Positions 40,772-52,159 of a stretch of 64,000 nucleotides of DNA are shown in pieces. The translations under genes and the position numbers were made by a program. The notes below the pieces were generated by a model. It saw nothing but the letters and a program-made list of their open reading frames with translations, was not told where the DNA came from and searched no databases. Origin of the DNA: an uncultured Solirubrobacterales bacterium (GTDB taxonomy: Bacteria > Actinomycetota > Thermoleophilia > Solirubrobacterales > Solirubrobacteraceae); assembly GCA_963813745.1 (NCBI GenBank), contig CAWEZW010000006.1:39707-103706 (forward strand), given 5' to 3'. The first letter of the stretch is position 1, and every line of letters begins with the position of its first letter.

Positions 40772-42857
40772 ATCTGTCGGCGAGTGAAACGAAGTAGTCG
40801 AGCGAGCGGGGGTTGGCCAGGGAATCGACGCTCGCGGCCCGCTCGGGGGGAGCGCCCATCAGGATCTTCTTGACCGGGACCTCCAAGACCTTGCCCGAGA
40901 GCGTGCGCGGCACCTCCTCGATCGCGAGGATCTCGTTCGGCACGTGGCGCGGCGAGCAGTCCTCGCGGATCCGCCGCTTGATCGTCTTCGCCAGGTCCTC
41001 ATCCAGTGCGGCTCCCTCGCGCAGCACCACGAACAGCCCCATCCATAATTCCTTCCCGCCCGCGGCGTCCTCCCCACCCTTGGGAACGTCGACGACGAGC
41101 GCGTCGAGCACCTCCGGCACGGTCGCAACGGCGCGATAGATCTCGCTCGTGCCCATGCGCACGCCCTGGCGGTTGATCGTCGAGTCTGAGCGGCCGTAGA
41201 TCACGGCGCCGCCACGGGGCGTGATGCGGATCCAGTCGCCGTGACGCCAGACGCCCGGGTACATCGCGAAGTAGCTCTCCCTAAGTCGCTCACCGTCGGG
41301 GTCTCCCCAGAAGAACAAGGGCATCGACGGCATCGACTCCGTGATCACCAGCTCGCCGACCTCGTCGGTGAGGCTGTGACCCTGCTCGTCCCAGGCCTCC
41401 ACCGCGCAGCCGAGCGCCCGGCATTGCAGTTCGCCTTCGTAGACCGGCAGCAAAGGACAGCCCGCGACGAATGCCGTGCAGACATCGGTGCCGCCGCTCG
41501 TGGAGAACAGCCAGACGTCGGGCTTGACGTGCTCATAGACCCATTTGAAGCTCTCCGGGGCCAGCGGCGAACCGGTCGAGCCGATCGCGCGCAGCGCGCT
41601 GAGGTCGTGGTCGCGCCCCGGCTCGATCCCCGCCTTCTCAGAGCTCGCGAGCAGGCCCGCGCTGAGACCCATGCAGGTCATCCCGGTGCGCTCGGCTAGC
41701 TCCCACAGCATTCCCAGGTCAGGGTGGCCGGGGCTGCCGTCATAGAGCACGATCGCGGCGTCGGAGAGCAGGCAGCCGACGAGGAAGTTCCACATCATCC
41801 AGCCGGTCGTCGTGAACCAGAACATGCGATCCCCGCGCCGTAGGTTCAGGTGCAGGCTCTTCTTCAGCTGCTCCACGAGGATCCCGCCGTGCCCGTGCAC
41901 GATCGCCTTCGGCAGGCCGGTCGTGCCGGAGGAGTAGAGCACCCACAGGGGATGGTCGAAGGGGACCTGCTCGAACGTCAGCTCGGTTTGGGATTCCCCC
42001 TCCAACAACTGCGCCCAAGTGAGGCCCGCGGGACGTTCGCCGGCGTGGGCGTCCAGATCAATTCGGGTGCCGGCATTGTCCGAGGTGTTCGCGTCGACTC
42101 GTGCCTTCTCACCCCAGCGTGCGTCCGCATCGAGGTAGGGCAGCAGCACGACGTTCTCGACGGTGGGCAGCTCGGCAAGGATCTTCTCGAGGACGCCCAT
42201 CCGGTCGAAGTCCTTGCCTCCGTGCCGGTAGCCGTCAACCGCAAGCAACACCTTCGGCTCGATCTGGGCGAAGCGGTCGATCACGCTGCGCGCCCCGAAC
42301 TCGGGCGCGGCGCTGGACCAGATCGCGCCGATGCTCGCAGTCGCGAGGAACGCGATCAATGTCTCGGGGATGTTCGACATGTAGGCCACCACGCGATCAC
42401 CGCGACCCACGCCGAGCGCACGTAGCCCCGCTGCGGCACGGGCGACCTGAGCGGTGAGCTCGCCCCTGGTCAGCTGTTCCAGCTCGCGTAGCTCTGAGCA
42501 GTGCAGGACCGCGGGCTCGTTTGGATCGCGCACCGCGCCCGATCGCGGGGTGGGTGGGCCCAATAAAAGGTTCTCCGCGTAGTTCAGCTCAGCCCCCTCG
42601 AACCAGCGCGTGCCCGGCATCTCGCGTGACTTGAGCACGCGCTCGTAGGGCTTTGACGCGCGCACCCCGCAGAACTCCCAGATGCACGCCCAGAACTCCT
42701 CCAGCTCCGCCACCGACCAGCGCCACAGCTCGTCGTAGTCGGCGAACGGCTCGCCTCGGCGCTCGCCCGCGAAGTGCATGAAGCGCGTCATCTCGGCGCG
42801 CTCGCGATCCTGCGCCGTCGGTTCCCATAGGGGTATCTGCCGATCGGCGCTGGACAT
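40758..42857 (-). CDS. Acetoacetate-CoA ligase
   Basis: YSSGTTGLPK, FTTTGWMMWN, SGGTD, WRHGDW, GRSDSTINR. Confidence 0.93.
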   Translation of the reverse strand: MSSADRQIPLWEPTAQDRERAEMTRFMHFAGERRGEPFADYDELWRWSVAELEEFWACIWEFCGVRASKPYERVLKSREMPGTRWFEGAELNYAENLLLGPPTPRSGAVRDPNEPAVLHCSELRELEQLTRGELTAQVARAAAGLRALGVGRGDRVVAYMSNIPETLIAFLATASIGAIWSSAAPEFGARSVIDRFAQIEPKVLLAVDGYRHGGKDFDRMGVLEKILAELPTVENVVLLPYLDADARWGEKARVDANTSDNAGTRIDLDAHAGERPAGLTWAQLLEGESQTELTFEQVPFDHPLWVLYSSGTTGLPKAIVHGHGGILVEQLKKSLHLNLRRGDRMFWFTTTGWMMWNFLVGCLLSDAAIVLYDGSPGHPDLGMLWELAERTGMTCMGLSAGLLASSEKAGIEPGRDHDLSALRAIGSTGSPLAPESFKWVYEHVKPDVWLFSTSGGTDVCTAFVAGCPLLPVYEGELQCRALGCAVEAWDEQGHSLTDEVGELVITESMPSMPLFFWGDPDGERLRESYFAMYPGVWRHGDWIRITPRGGAVIYGRSDSTINRQGVRMGTSEIYRAVATVPEVLDALVVDVPKGGEDAAGGKELWMGLFVVLREGAALDEDLAKTIKRRIREDCSPRHVPNEILAIEEVPRTLSGKVLEVPVKKILMGAPPERAASVDSLANPRSLDYFVSLADRFTAP

Positions 42858-42876
42858 GCGGGTATTCTCGCGGTTT

Positions 42877-43957
42877 GTGGATCTCACCGGGTTACGTGCC
42901 GAGTTTCCCGTCCTCGAGCGGTTGGCGTACCTGAACGCCGGCACCGACGGACCGCTGCCCGCGCGCGCCGTGCAGGCAGCCACGCGCGAGCTCGAGCGCG
43001 AGCTGAGCGAGGGACGCGCGACGGCGCACTTCGAACGCCGCTCCGAGCTGAACGCCGAGCTGCGCGCCGCCTACGCCATCGCGCTCGGCGCCAACGCAGC
43101 CGACGTCGCGCTCACCACCTGCACCAGCGAGGGCATGGCCCAGGTGATCGGTGGCCTGCAGCTGAACCGCGGCGATGAGATCCTCACCAGCGACGAGGAG
43201 CACCCGGGCCTGCTGGGCGCGCTCTCGGCCGCGCGCGAGCTGCACGGCGTGGATGTCCGCGAAGCGCCGTTTGCAGAGCTCGCCGAAGCAGTCGGCACGA
43301 GCACGCGGCTCGTCGCCTGCTCGCACGTCGGCTGGGTCAGCGGCTCGCTCGCGCCACCCGAGCTCGGCCGGCTCGACATCCCTGTGCTGCTCGACGGCGC
43401 CCAGGGCGTCGGCGCCGTCCCGGTCGATGTGCACGCGCTCGGCTGCGATGCTTACGCCGGCGCCGGGCAAAAGTGGCTGTGCGGCCCCGACGGCACCGGC
43501 ATGCTGTGGGTCAGCCCCGCGCTGCGCGAGCGCCTGAGCGTCTCCAGGCGCGGCTACGCGAACCTCGCCGACCCCAACGACGGACTCGATGCACATTCTG
43601 CATGGGGACGCGCGGCGCTTCGACACGATGTCGCAAAACGCCGCGACCGTCGCCTGCGCGCTCGCCGCGATCCGCCTGCTCGAGTCCGCCGGCTGGGCCA
43701 CCGTGCACGAGCGCGCGCGGACGCTCGCCGCGAGCCTGGTCGAGCTGCTGGCCGAAGCCGGGCGCGAGCCCGCGCCACGCGGGCCCACCACCCTGGTCTC
43801 CTTCCCGAGCCCAGACCCGCCCACCGAGCGCGAGCTCTTGGCCGAGCACGGCGTGATCGTGCGCAACATCCCCGACCGGCCCTGGCTACGCGCCTCTGTC
43901 GGCGCCTGGAACGACGAGCGCGACTTGGAGCGGCTGATCGGGATGCTCTCCCCGTGA
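42877..43957 (+). CDS. Aminotransferase class V (cysteine desulfurase/lyase-like; frameshift near 43595)
   Basis: YLNAG, EEHP, LDGAQ, GQKWLCGP, RASVG. Confidence 0.9.
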
Positions 43958-43976
43958 TTGTCGGCATCACTCCCCG

Positions 43977-46130
43977 ATGAGCAGCGCCTCTCCCCCGGCC
44001 ACCGCGCCGGGATTCGCCGATCTCGAGCGCGAGCCGCTGGAGCGAGAACGGGGACGAGCACGGCTCGCGCCGGCGCACGTGGCGCTCGCGGGAGTGCTCG
44101 CGCTGTCCGCCGTGCTGAACGTGAACAAGCTGTCCCAGAACGGCTACGCCAACATCTTCTACTCGGCCGGCGTGAAGTCGATGCTGCGCTCGTGGCACAA
44201 CTTCCTGTTCGTGTCGTTCGACCCCGGCGGTCTGGTCACGGTGGACAAGCCACCGCTGGCGTTGTGGGTACAGGCGCTCAGCGCGAAGATCTTCGGCTTC
44301 TCACCGCTCAGCCTGCTGCTGGGAGAGGCGATCATCGGCGTACTCGCCGTCGCGGCGCTGTATTGGGTGATGGCGCCCCGCTTCGGCGCCTGGGCGGCGG
44401 TCGCGGGCGCGCTGACGCTGGCGGTGTTCCCGTCGTTCGTGGCGGTCTCGCGCGAGAACGGCGTCGACCCGCTGTTGATTCTGCTGCTGATCCTCGCCTG
44501 CGGGGCGGGGCTGCGCGCGTGCGAAACCGGGCGCTGGCGCACGCTGGTGTGGTGCGGCGTGCTGATCGGGCTCGCCTTCAACACGAAGACACTGGCCGCC
44601 TACCTGGTCGTGCCGCCGATCGCGCTCGCCTACCTGGTGTGCGCACCGGGTCGGGTCCCGCGCCGCATCTCACAGCTCGCGGTCGCCGCCGTGGCGATGC
44701 TAGTCGTGTCGTTCGCGTGGATCGCCTTCGTCGAACTCACGCCCGCCTCCCAGCGCCCCTATGTGGGCAGCTCGACGAACAACACCGAGCTCGGCCTGAC
44801 GTTCGAATACAACGGCTTCGGGCGCGTGGAAGGCCAGGCCGGCGGCCCGAACAGCGTGGTCGTGCGCCCCGGCGCATATGTGCCCGCCGCGCGCGAACGG
44901 GCGGTCGCCGCAGAAGCGGCCCACGCCAAGCGCATCCCGCCCGCGTCGAGCAGCGCCCACGAGCCCACGCCCACGCTCAAACCGATTGTGAGCAAAGGTC
45001 GCGAAAAGGATCCGATCCCGTTCGGTGGCCCCCCCGGCCCGATGCGGCTGTTCCACCTGGGTCTCGGCGACCAGGCCGGCTGGATGCTTCCGTTCGCGCT
45101 TTTCGGCTTGCTCGGCTTGGCGCTGCTGATCCTCTGCAACCGCCGACGGAAGATGCCGCGTGAGCGGCCTGCTATCGAGGAAGAGCCTGATGCTGACGGG
45201 GAGCCCACCGCGCCCGTCCCGCCACCTGGACGTCGCTGGCCGATCTCCGATCGGTCGCGGCTGGCGGCCGTGCTCGTGCTGGGAGGATGGTTCCTGGTGG
45301 AGGCCGTCGTGCTGAGCCTGTCCAAGGGCATCGTCCACCCCTACTACGTCTCGGCGCTGGGACCGGGCACGGGAGCGATGGCGGGAGCGGGCGCGGTCGC
45401 CTTCGCCGAGCTCGCGCGCGGTCGCGATCCGCGCCGGATCGCAGGCCTCGCGCTGACGGCGTGTGCGGTCCTGGCAACCGTCGCGGTGCAGGTCGTGCTG
45501 CTGCACCGCGAGCACTACATGGAGTGGTTCGTCCCCGTGCTCCTGGTGGGAGCCACCGTGGGTCTGTGCGCACTGCTGGCCCTGCGCCGCCTGGCGGCGC
45601 CGGCGGTCGCGTTCACGTTCCTGCTGCTGCTCGTCGCGCCGACCGCCTACTCGGCCACCACTTGGCTCGCGCCGGCCGAGGGCACCTTCCCGGCGGCAGG
45701 ACCCGGGCACGACCCCGGCCCCGGCGCCTATGGCGTCAACGCCCGTGACGAGGGCATCGACCGCGCACTGGCCGACTACGTGAGCACGCACGATCCCGGC
45801 ACGCGCTGGGCGCTCTTGACCGTCGCCTCCGACACGGCGTCTCCGATGATGCTGTTCGGCCTGGACGCGGGCGCGCTGGGCGGCTACAGCGGCACCGACC
45901 CCGCCGTCGACGGCCCCCAGCTCGCGCGTTTGGTGGCAAACCGCGAAGCTCGCTATGTGCTGCTCGGCGGCGAGTACTCGCTACGCGGCGGCAACCTCGC
46001 CACGCGCGCGGTCCTGCGGGCGTGCGAAGAGCTGGCGCCATCGGTCTGGCACAGCCCGGTCCCCTACCCATATGGCCTCGCGCTGTTCGACTGCGCCGGC
46101 CACGAACGCGCGTTGACAGCCGCAGGCTGA
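43977..46130 (+). CDS. GT39/ArnT-like membrane glycosyltransferase
   Basis: YSAGVKS, TVDKPP, LAFNTK, RPYVGSS, YNGFGR; multiple TM helices. Confidence 0.88.
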   Translation: MSSASPPATAPGFADLEREPLERERGRARLAPAHVALAGVLALSAVLNVNKLSQNGYANIFYSAGVKSMLRSWHNFLFVSFDPGGLVTVDKPPLALWVQALSAKIFGFSPLSLLLGEAIIGVLAVAALYWVMAPRFGAWAAVAGALTLAVFPSFVAVSRENGVDPLLILLLILACGAGLRACETGRWRTLVWCGVLIGLAFNTKTLAAYLVVPPIALAYLVCAPGRVPRRISQLAVAAVAMLVVSFAWIAFVELTPASQRPYVGSSTNNTELGLTFEYNGFGRVEGQAGGPNSVVVRPGAYVPAARERAVAAEAAHAKRIPPASSSAHEPTPTLKPIVSKGREKDPIPFGGPPGPMRLFHLGLGDQAGWMLPFALFGLLGLALLILCNRRRKMPRERPAIEEEPDADGEPTAPVPPPGRRWPISDRSRLAAVLVLGGWFLVEAVVLSLSKGIVHPYYVSALGPGTGAMAGAGAVAFAELARGRDPRRIAGLALTACAVLATVAVQVVLLHREHYMEWFVPVLLVGATVGLCALLALRRLAAPAVAFTFLLLLVAPTAYSATTWLAPAEGTFPAAGPGHDPGPGAYGVNARDEGIDRALADYVSTHDPGTRWALLTVASDTASPMMLFGLDAGALGGYSGTDPAVDGPQLARLVANREARYVLLGGEYSLRGGNLATRAVLRACEELAPSVWHSPVPYPYGLALFDCAGHERALTAAG

Positions 46131-46134
46131 GTCC

Positions 46135-47676
46135 TCAGGCTGCCACGGAGAGGTCGTGGTGGAAAGCCCGCGCGAACAGCTCGGTCTCGCGGCTCGCCGC
46201 CCAGCGGGGCACCGCCGCCTCGCCGTCGGCGATCACGCGCAGCTCGACCTTCTCCTCCCCGGCGGGGGCTCCGTTGAGCAGCGCGAGGTCGACGCCGCGC
46301 ACGAGCTGGTCGCGTGAGCGCTCGAGGTCCTCGGCCAGGCGCAGCAGCACGGCGCAGCGGTTCAGGCGCTCTGTGTCCCCGGGCGCGAACAGGGCCGTAA
46401 GCGGTCCCGGATCCGGCATCCCCTTGCGGTGATAGCGGGCGGCCTGGGCGATGATCGCGACCTCGATCGGCGAGAAGCCCGGCAGACCGCCGTTGAGGAT
46501 CAGGTAGCGCGAGTGCTTGTGGTGGTCGTCGTAGTCGACGGACATGCCGATGTCGTGCAGCATGCATGCCGCCCACAGCAGCTCGCGCTCGTTCCCGTCG
46601 CCGGGGTTCAGCCCGAGCCGGGCGAGCTCGTCGAACATGCCGAGCGCCAGTGCGGCGACGTGGCTGGTGTGTGCGGCGTCAACGTTGTAGCGGGCCGCCA
46701 GGTTCATCACGCTGGTGCGCCGCAGATCCTCGAACAGCGGCTCCTCGTGCGCTGCGAGCAGGCGCTCGAAGAAGACACCCTCACGCAGCCCCGCCTCGGT
46801 CGTCTCCAAGCCGTCGAAGCCACCGGCCTGCAGCACCCCCTGCACGACGATCGCCCCGGCGAGGATCAGATCCGCGCGGGCCGGCTTGACTCCGGGGATC
46901 GTGCTGCGCTCGGCGGCTCCCAGCGCCGCGAGTCGCTCCACCAGCTCGTCGAGCGCCGCACGCTCGATCACCATCCCCTGCACGCCGTTGGAAGGCAGCC
47001 CCGCCGCGCGCTGGGCGGCGGTGGCAAGGCTGCGCACGGTCCCCCCGAGGCCGACCAGGCGCCGGCCGGTCTGCGCCAACCAGGAGGCCTGCTCGAGCTC
47101 GCGGGCCACGTGCTCACGCAGCTCCTCCATCTGCTTGCGCTTGGCCGGTCCGTTCGGTGGCAGGAAGCGCTCGCTCATCCGCACCGTGCCCAGACGCCAC
47201 GAGCCCGACTCCCGCGCGAGCCGGTCGGCGACACCCACCAGCTGCAGCGATCCGCCACCCAGATCGAGCACGCATCCTGTCGTCAGGGTCGTGGAGTTGA
47301 CCGCCGCGAGATATCCGTAGCGCGCCTCCTCCTCGCGGCTGAGCACCCGGATCGGCAGCTCGGTCAGCTCGCGCGCCTTGGCCAGGAACTCCGCGGCGTT
47401 CTCGGCGTCGCGGATCGCGCTCGTCGCGACCGCGTCGACGGAGCCGTTCTCCAGACCAGCGGCCCGGCAGAAGTGGGAGAACACGTCGAGCGTCGCCAGC
47501 GCTCGCTCGATCGGCTTCTCCCCCAGCCTGCCGCTCGCCGCCAGGCCCTCGCCGATCCGCACGGGCTCGTAGATCTCATCGGTGCGCTTCCACCAGCCCT
47601 CGCCCGCCATGAAGACGACGAGCCGGAACGAGTTCGAGCCGAGGTCGATCACGGCGAGGCGCTCCTCAGGCTGCAT
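46135..47676 (-). CDS. ppx: Ppx/GppA exopolyphosphatase with C-terminal HD domain
   Basis: IDLGSNS, ATSAIR, DLGGGS, GLREG, LHDIG. Confidence 0.93.
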   Translation of the reverse strand: MQPEERLAVIDLGSNSFRLVVFMAGEGWWKRTDEIYEPVRIGEGLAASGRLGEKPIERALATLDVFSHFCRAAGLENGSVDAVATSAIRDAENAAEFLAKARELTELPIRVLSREEEARYGYLAAVNSTTLTTGCVLDLGGGSLQLVGVADRLARESGSWRLGTVRMSERFLPPNGPAKRKQMEELREHVARELEQASWLAQTGRRLVGLGGTVRSLATAAQRAAGLPSNGVQGMVIERAALDELVERLAALGAAERSTIPGVKPARADLILAGAIVVQGVLQAGGFDGLETTEAGLREGVFFERLLAAHEEPLFEDLRRTSVMNLAARYNVDAAHTSHVAALALGMFDELARLGLNPGDGNERELLWAACMLHDIGMSVDYDDHHKHSRYLILNGGLPGFSPIEVAIIAQAARYHRKGMPDPGPLTALFAPGDTERLNRCAVLLRLAEDLERSRDQLVRGVDLALLNGAPAGEEKVELRVIADGEAAVPRWAASRETELFARAFHHDLSVAA

Positions 47677-47760
47677 ACCTTGAGCGTATTGGCCAGATCG
47701 GCGGGCTTTGGAGGGAGGCTCCTTCTCAAGCGCATGGCTCGCCCCGCCGACATTCCTCGC

Positions 47761-49296
47761 ATGGAGCATGACGATGCTCGAGCGGACCCACCGACTGATG
47801 TACCGGGTGTCCAGGAGGCTTTTGATCTCGCGCCGGGCCGCGCTCCTTGGTGGGCCGATAGCCGCCTGAGGCTTGGCTTGCTGCTCGCCGGCCTGGCACT
47901 CGCGGTGCTGGCTCTGCTCTCGGTTAAGACCGAACTCTTCAACCGCGGGAGTGGCTCAGCGCAAGCAAGCGGGACAGCGTTCGCTCCTGGATGTCCCGGC
48001 CGGGGCGCGCCGGAAGTTAAGAGCATCCCTGCACAGAACCTCGCTGCGCTGCGCAATGCGGTCTCGCGGATCATGCCGCCGCGGGTCGGACGCGTCTATG
48101 AAACGGGAACGATCACGACGAGCAACCTATGGACGGATGACTCCCCGCAACAGTTATCCTCATCGGGCTCGCCGGCGGGCCCCGTGCCCGCGGGCTACGA
48201 GGTGCGCTGGTGGGCGCTCGATCGCCAGGGAAACGAAGACGACGTCGTGGCCGATGTGCTCGAATTCGCCTCAGAAAGACAGGCCGAGGATGCCTTCGCA
48301 CGGGCCGCAAGCCCTCGCTGCCGCAGCGATGGCGCGGCGCATGCGGCGCACTTTCCGTCAGGCGCCGGCAACCTCTACTGGGTCAATCCCGACAACGCCC
48401 AGCAATGGGATGTGCTCTTCGTACGAGGTCGCCGCCTCTACCGTGTCGAGACGTTCCGCCAGGCTATCCCCCTGCAACGGGACCGGCCCAGCGCACGCTC
48501 GAGCAGCATCGCGCTAACAGCACCGTGGAAGTGCTGGCCTGCGCCTTGCCAGGGGCTGGCTGCCAGACGCCTGACCTCTCCGTTTCCGCCACCAACTTGG
48601 GGACCCTGTCGGCTGGCTCGTCGGTTCAGCCCAGCACCAGTCGCTCAATTACCCGGGCGCAAGCAAGAACCTACGCCCACGCCGTGAACCTGCGCGGCTA
48701 CGACGTGCCCGGGATGACACAGGTGGCACCGGAAGGTCCGACCGAGGACGGTGGCGACTGGGAAACATTCGCCCGGTGTAATGGAGAACTGCGCTCTGTG
48801 CACACCGTCGTGACCATCCACTCCCCCACCTTCAGATACCGCGATCGACTCGAAGATCCAGTCGGTGTACTCCACCGTCGCGGTATTGCCAAGCGAACGG
48901 GCCGCCGACCGGTACCTCGCCGTACTCACGAGCGCGCGCGGGCGCACCTGCATCACGTACAGCTACAGCCGATGGCGGCTCCGTCGCACCGCCAAGCGAA
49001 ACTCACTCAGTCTCGGTCAGGTCACGGCCACGCCACTCCCGGCCCCAGCGCCCACCAGCTATCGGGGTCTCGGCTCGTACCGCGCAACCGCGCTGCGACT
49101 GAAGATACAGACCAGCTATACCACCCGCCGGGGCAGGCGCGTCCAGTCGCCCCTCTACTTCGAATACTTCGCATTTGCCTACGGACGCGCTGTGATCGCC
49201 TTGACGGCCGAAAGCATCTTTCGCCCCTTCCCACAAGCCAACGAGCAGTACCTGATGAAGATGCTCGTAGGGCGAGCAGAGGCGAACGAAGCTTGA
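47761..49296 (+). CDS. Membrane-anchored extracytoplasmic hypothetical protein (frameshifts near 48450 and 48855)
   Basis: N-terminal TM LGLLLAGLALAVLALL; two related segments (LEFASERQAEDAF / AVLPSERAADRYL), each followed by a Cys. Confidence 0.6.
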
Positions 49297-49347
49297 CCTC
49301 GGCCACTCTTGGCTGGCCAGTATGTACGTTTGTACTGTGTTCGTTCT

Positions 49348-50855
49348 ATGATCACTCCGACCGGCGCGGGTGACCTGGGAAGACGGACGCCCCAGGCCCC
49401 CGACCGCCGCCGCTATCTGATCCTCGCGATCTGCTGCATGAGCCTGTTCATCGTCGGGCTCGACAACACGATCGTGAACGTCGCGCTGCCCTCGATCCGG
49501 CGTGAACTGCACGCCTCGGTGCCGCAGCTGCAATGGACGGTCGACTCCTACACGCTCGTGCTCGCCAGCCTGCTGATGCTGTCGGGCTCGATGGCGGACC
49601 GTTTCGGTCGCGCGCGCGTCTTCAAGCTCGGGCTGGTGCTGTTCACGCTCGGCTCGCTGCTGTGCAGTCTCGCCCCGACCGTGCAGCTGTTGATCGTCTT
49701 CCGCATGGTGCAGGCCGTCGGCGGCTCGATGCTCAACCCGGTGGCGATGTCGATCATCCGCAACACCTTCACCGACGCGCGCGAGCGCGCCCAGGCGATC
49801 GGCATCTGGGCAGGGGTGATCGGCGTCAGTATGGCGATGGGCCCGGTGCTCGGCGGCGCGCTCGTCGACGCGGGCAGCTGGCGCTCGGTCTTCTGGGTGA
49901 ACGTGCCGATCGGGCTGATCGCGGCCGCGCTCACGTGGCGCTTCGTCCCGGAGTCAAAGGCGCCGCGCGCGCGGCGGATCGACCCCGTCGGGCAGCTGCT
50001 GGTGATCGTGCTGCTCGCCGGCACCGTCTACGCGATCATCGAGGGGCCCTCCCACGGCTGGCTCTCGGGCGAGATCCTCGGCCTGTTCGCGCTCGCGGCA
50101 CTCGCGGTCGGCGCGCTGATCCGCTATGAGCGCCGGCGCGTCGATCCACTGATCGACGTGCGCTTCTTCGCGAGCGTGCCGTTCTCGGGCGCAACCGTGA
50201 TCGCGATCGCCGCCTTCGTCGCGCTCGGCGGCTTTCTCTTCCTGAACACGATCTATCTGCAGAACGGGCGCGGCCTCTCCCCCTTCCACGCCGGCCTGTA
50301 CACGCTGCCGATGGCCGCGATGACGCTCGTCGTCGGGCCACTGACCGGGCGCTTGGTCGGCGCCCGCGGCGCGCGGCCGTCGCTGGTGATCGGGGGCGTC
50401 GCGATCCTGATCAGCGGCTTGATGCTCACGAGCCTGACCACGACCACCTCGCCGACCTGGTTGATCGTCAGCTATATCGTCTTCGGGATCGGCTTCGGCT
50501 CGGTCAACCCACCGATCACGAACACCGCCGTCTCGGGATGCCGCCGGCGCAAGCCGGCGTGGCCTCGGCGGTCGCCTCCACCAGTCGCCAGGTCGGTCAA
50601 TCGCTGGGGGTCGCGATCGTCGGTGCGATCGCCGTCGTTGCAACGACCGACCCGGCTCTGCTGGCGACCGGGACCCATCCGGGCTGGTGGCTCGTCGCCG
50701 GGTGCGGCCTCTTGATCGTGGCGCTTGGCCTGGTCACGACGACCCATTGGGCGCTCGATACGGCGACCGCCACCGCCGCGCGGCTATGCGAGGAGGAGCC
50801 GCTGACGGGGCAGATCGACGCCGAGCAACCGCTCGCGGCTCCGGTCGGCGTGTGA
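49348..50855 (+). CDS. DHA2-family MFS efflux transporter (frameshift near 50540)
   Basis: LDNTIVNVALP, ADRFGR, WRSVFWVNVP. Confidence 0.92.
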
Positions 50856-50952
50856 GCGCAGGCTCGCAGCGCTCCCGCGCATCTGGAGATCACGTTGGAT
50901 AGAGAAGTTCAACTACGAAAGGGGTAGCGACAAGCCCACCACGTGGCGTGCG

Positions 50953-52125
50953 TCAACTGTTCTCCACGCCGCTGAAGACGGCGCCGTTGAGTTCGAGCAT
51001 CGTCTGCACGATGCGGGCGTCGAAGAACGGCAGTACCTGGGTGAAGATTGCGGCGCTGACACCGGTTCCGCGGTCGATCCAGTAGTAGCAATTGAACAGA
51101 CCCGCCCACGAGCCGGTGCCGGCGCGGCGCATACCCGGTATGTCCTGCAGCAGGAGGTTGAGTCCCAGACCCCACCCCTGGGGTACAGGCAGCGCGGGCA
51201 CGTCGTTGGTCAGCTCCGGGAGCGCCGAGCGCATGATCTCGGGCAGCGGTGCGCCATTGAGATGGTCGCTGAACATCAGCTCAGTCGTCTCCGGCGCGAG
51301 GATCCGCTCGCCGTCGAGCTCGCCGCCACACAGTAATGCGCGCAGGAAGCGCAGATAGTCGCCGGCGGTCGAGTAGGCCCCTGCGCCGCCGGAGAAGAAC
51401 CCGGGGTCGATCGAGAGCTCCAGCGGCGATAGGGCGAGCCCTCCATCGGGCCCTCGAGCATGAAGGGCCATCATGCGGGCGCTCTGCTGCTCGCTGGGGG
51501 TGAAGGTTGAGTCGGTCATCCCCAGGGGGGTGAAGATGTGCTGCTCGCAGTAGGCGGCGAGATCCTGTCCGCTGAGCGCCTGGACTACATGGCCGAGCCA
51601 GTCGGTGCTCGTCCCGTATTCCCAGCGGGTGCCCGGGTCGGCGACGAGTGGTACACCGTCGAGCATCGCGTGCCCGAGGCTGAACGGGTCGATGCCACGA
51701 AACTTGTAATAGCGCAGCAGATCGGCGTTGCCGAACGCGTAGCCGAGCCCCGAGGTGTGGGTCAGCAACTGACGGATGCTCGCCTGGCGAGCCGCGGGGC
51801 GCAGCCTGGGCGCATCTCCGTCAAAGCCATCCAGCACCTGCAGATCCCCGAAAGCCGGCAACACGCTCGAGACCGGCGCCTCGAGCTCCACCAGACCGCG
51901 CTCGATCAGCTGCAGCGCGGCGACGCTCGTGATCGCCTTGGTCATCGACGCGATCGCGAGCATCGTGTCCGTCCGTGCGGGCTCCTCGCCGTCGACGCTC
52001 AGCCGTCCGAACGCACCCTCAAACAGCGTTCCGTCGCGGTCGCCGGCAACCGCGACAACGCCCGGGAGCGCCCCGCCAGACACCGCGTTCTCGAGTAGCT
52101 GATTGATTGCGTTGCCGTCGATCAT
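50953..52125 (-). CDS. Serine hydrolase, beta-lactamase family
   Basis: SMTK (SxxK), LLTHTSG, WEYG, WAGLFN. Confidence 0.92.
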   Translation of the reverse strand: MIDGNAINQLLENAVSGGALPGVVAVAGDRDGTLFEGAFGRLSVDGEEPARTDTMLAIASMTKAITSVAALQLIERGLVELEAPVSSVLPAFGDLQVLDGFDGDAPRLRPAARQASIRQLLTHTSGLGYAFGNADLLRYYKFRGIDPFSLGHAMLDGVPLVADPGTRWEYGTSTDWLGHVVQALSGQDLAAYCEQHIFTPLGMTDSTFTPSEQQSARMMALHARGPDGGLALSPLELSIDPGFFSGGAGAYSTAGDYLRFLRALLCGGELDGERILAPETTELMFSDHLNGAPLPEIMRSALPELTNDVPALPVPQGWGLGLNLLLQDIPGMRRAGTGSWAGLFNCYYWIDRGTGVSAAIFTQVLPFFDARIVQTMLELNGAVFSGVENS

Positions 52126-52159
52126 CTGTCTCCTCGTTTTAGATGCCCCGCAGCTGGGC

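Noticed and set aside
46429-47760. Long antisense ORFs (here opposite ppx; likewise opposite rel, secDF, cfa and the acyl-CoA dehydrogenases)
   Set aside because: Shadow frames expected at high GC; Arg/Ala/Pro-rich and without motifs.
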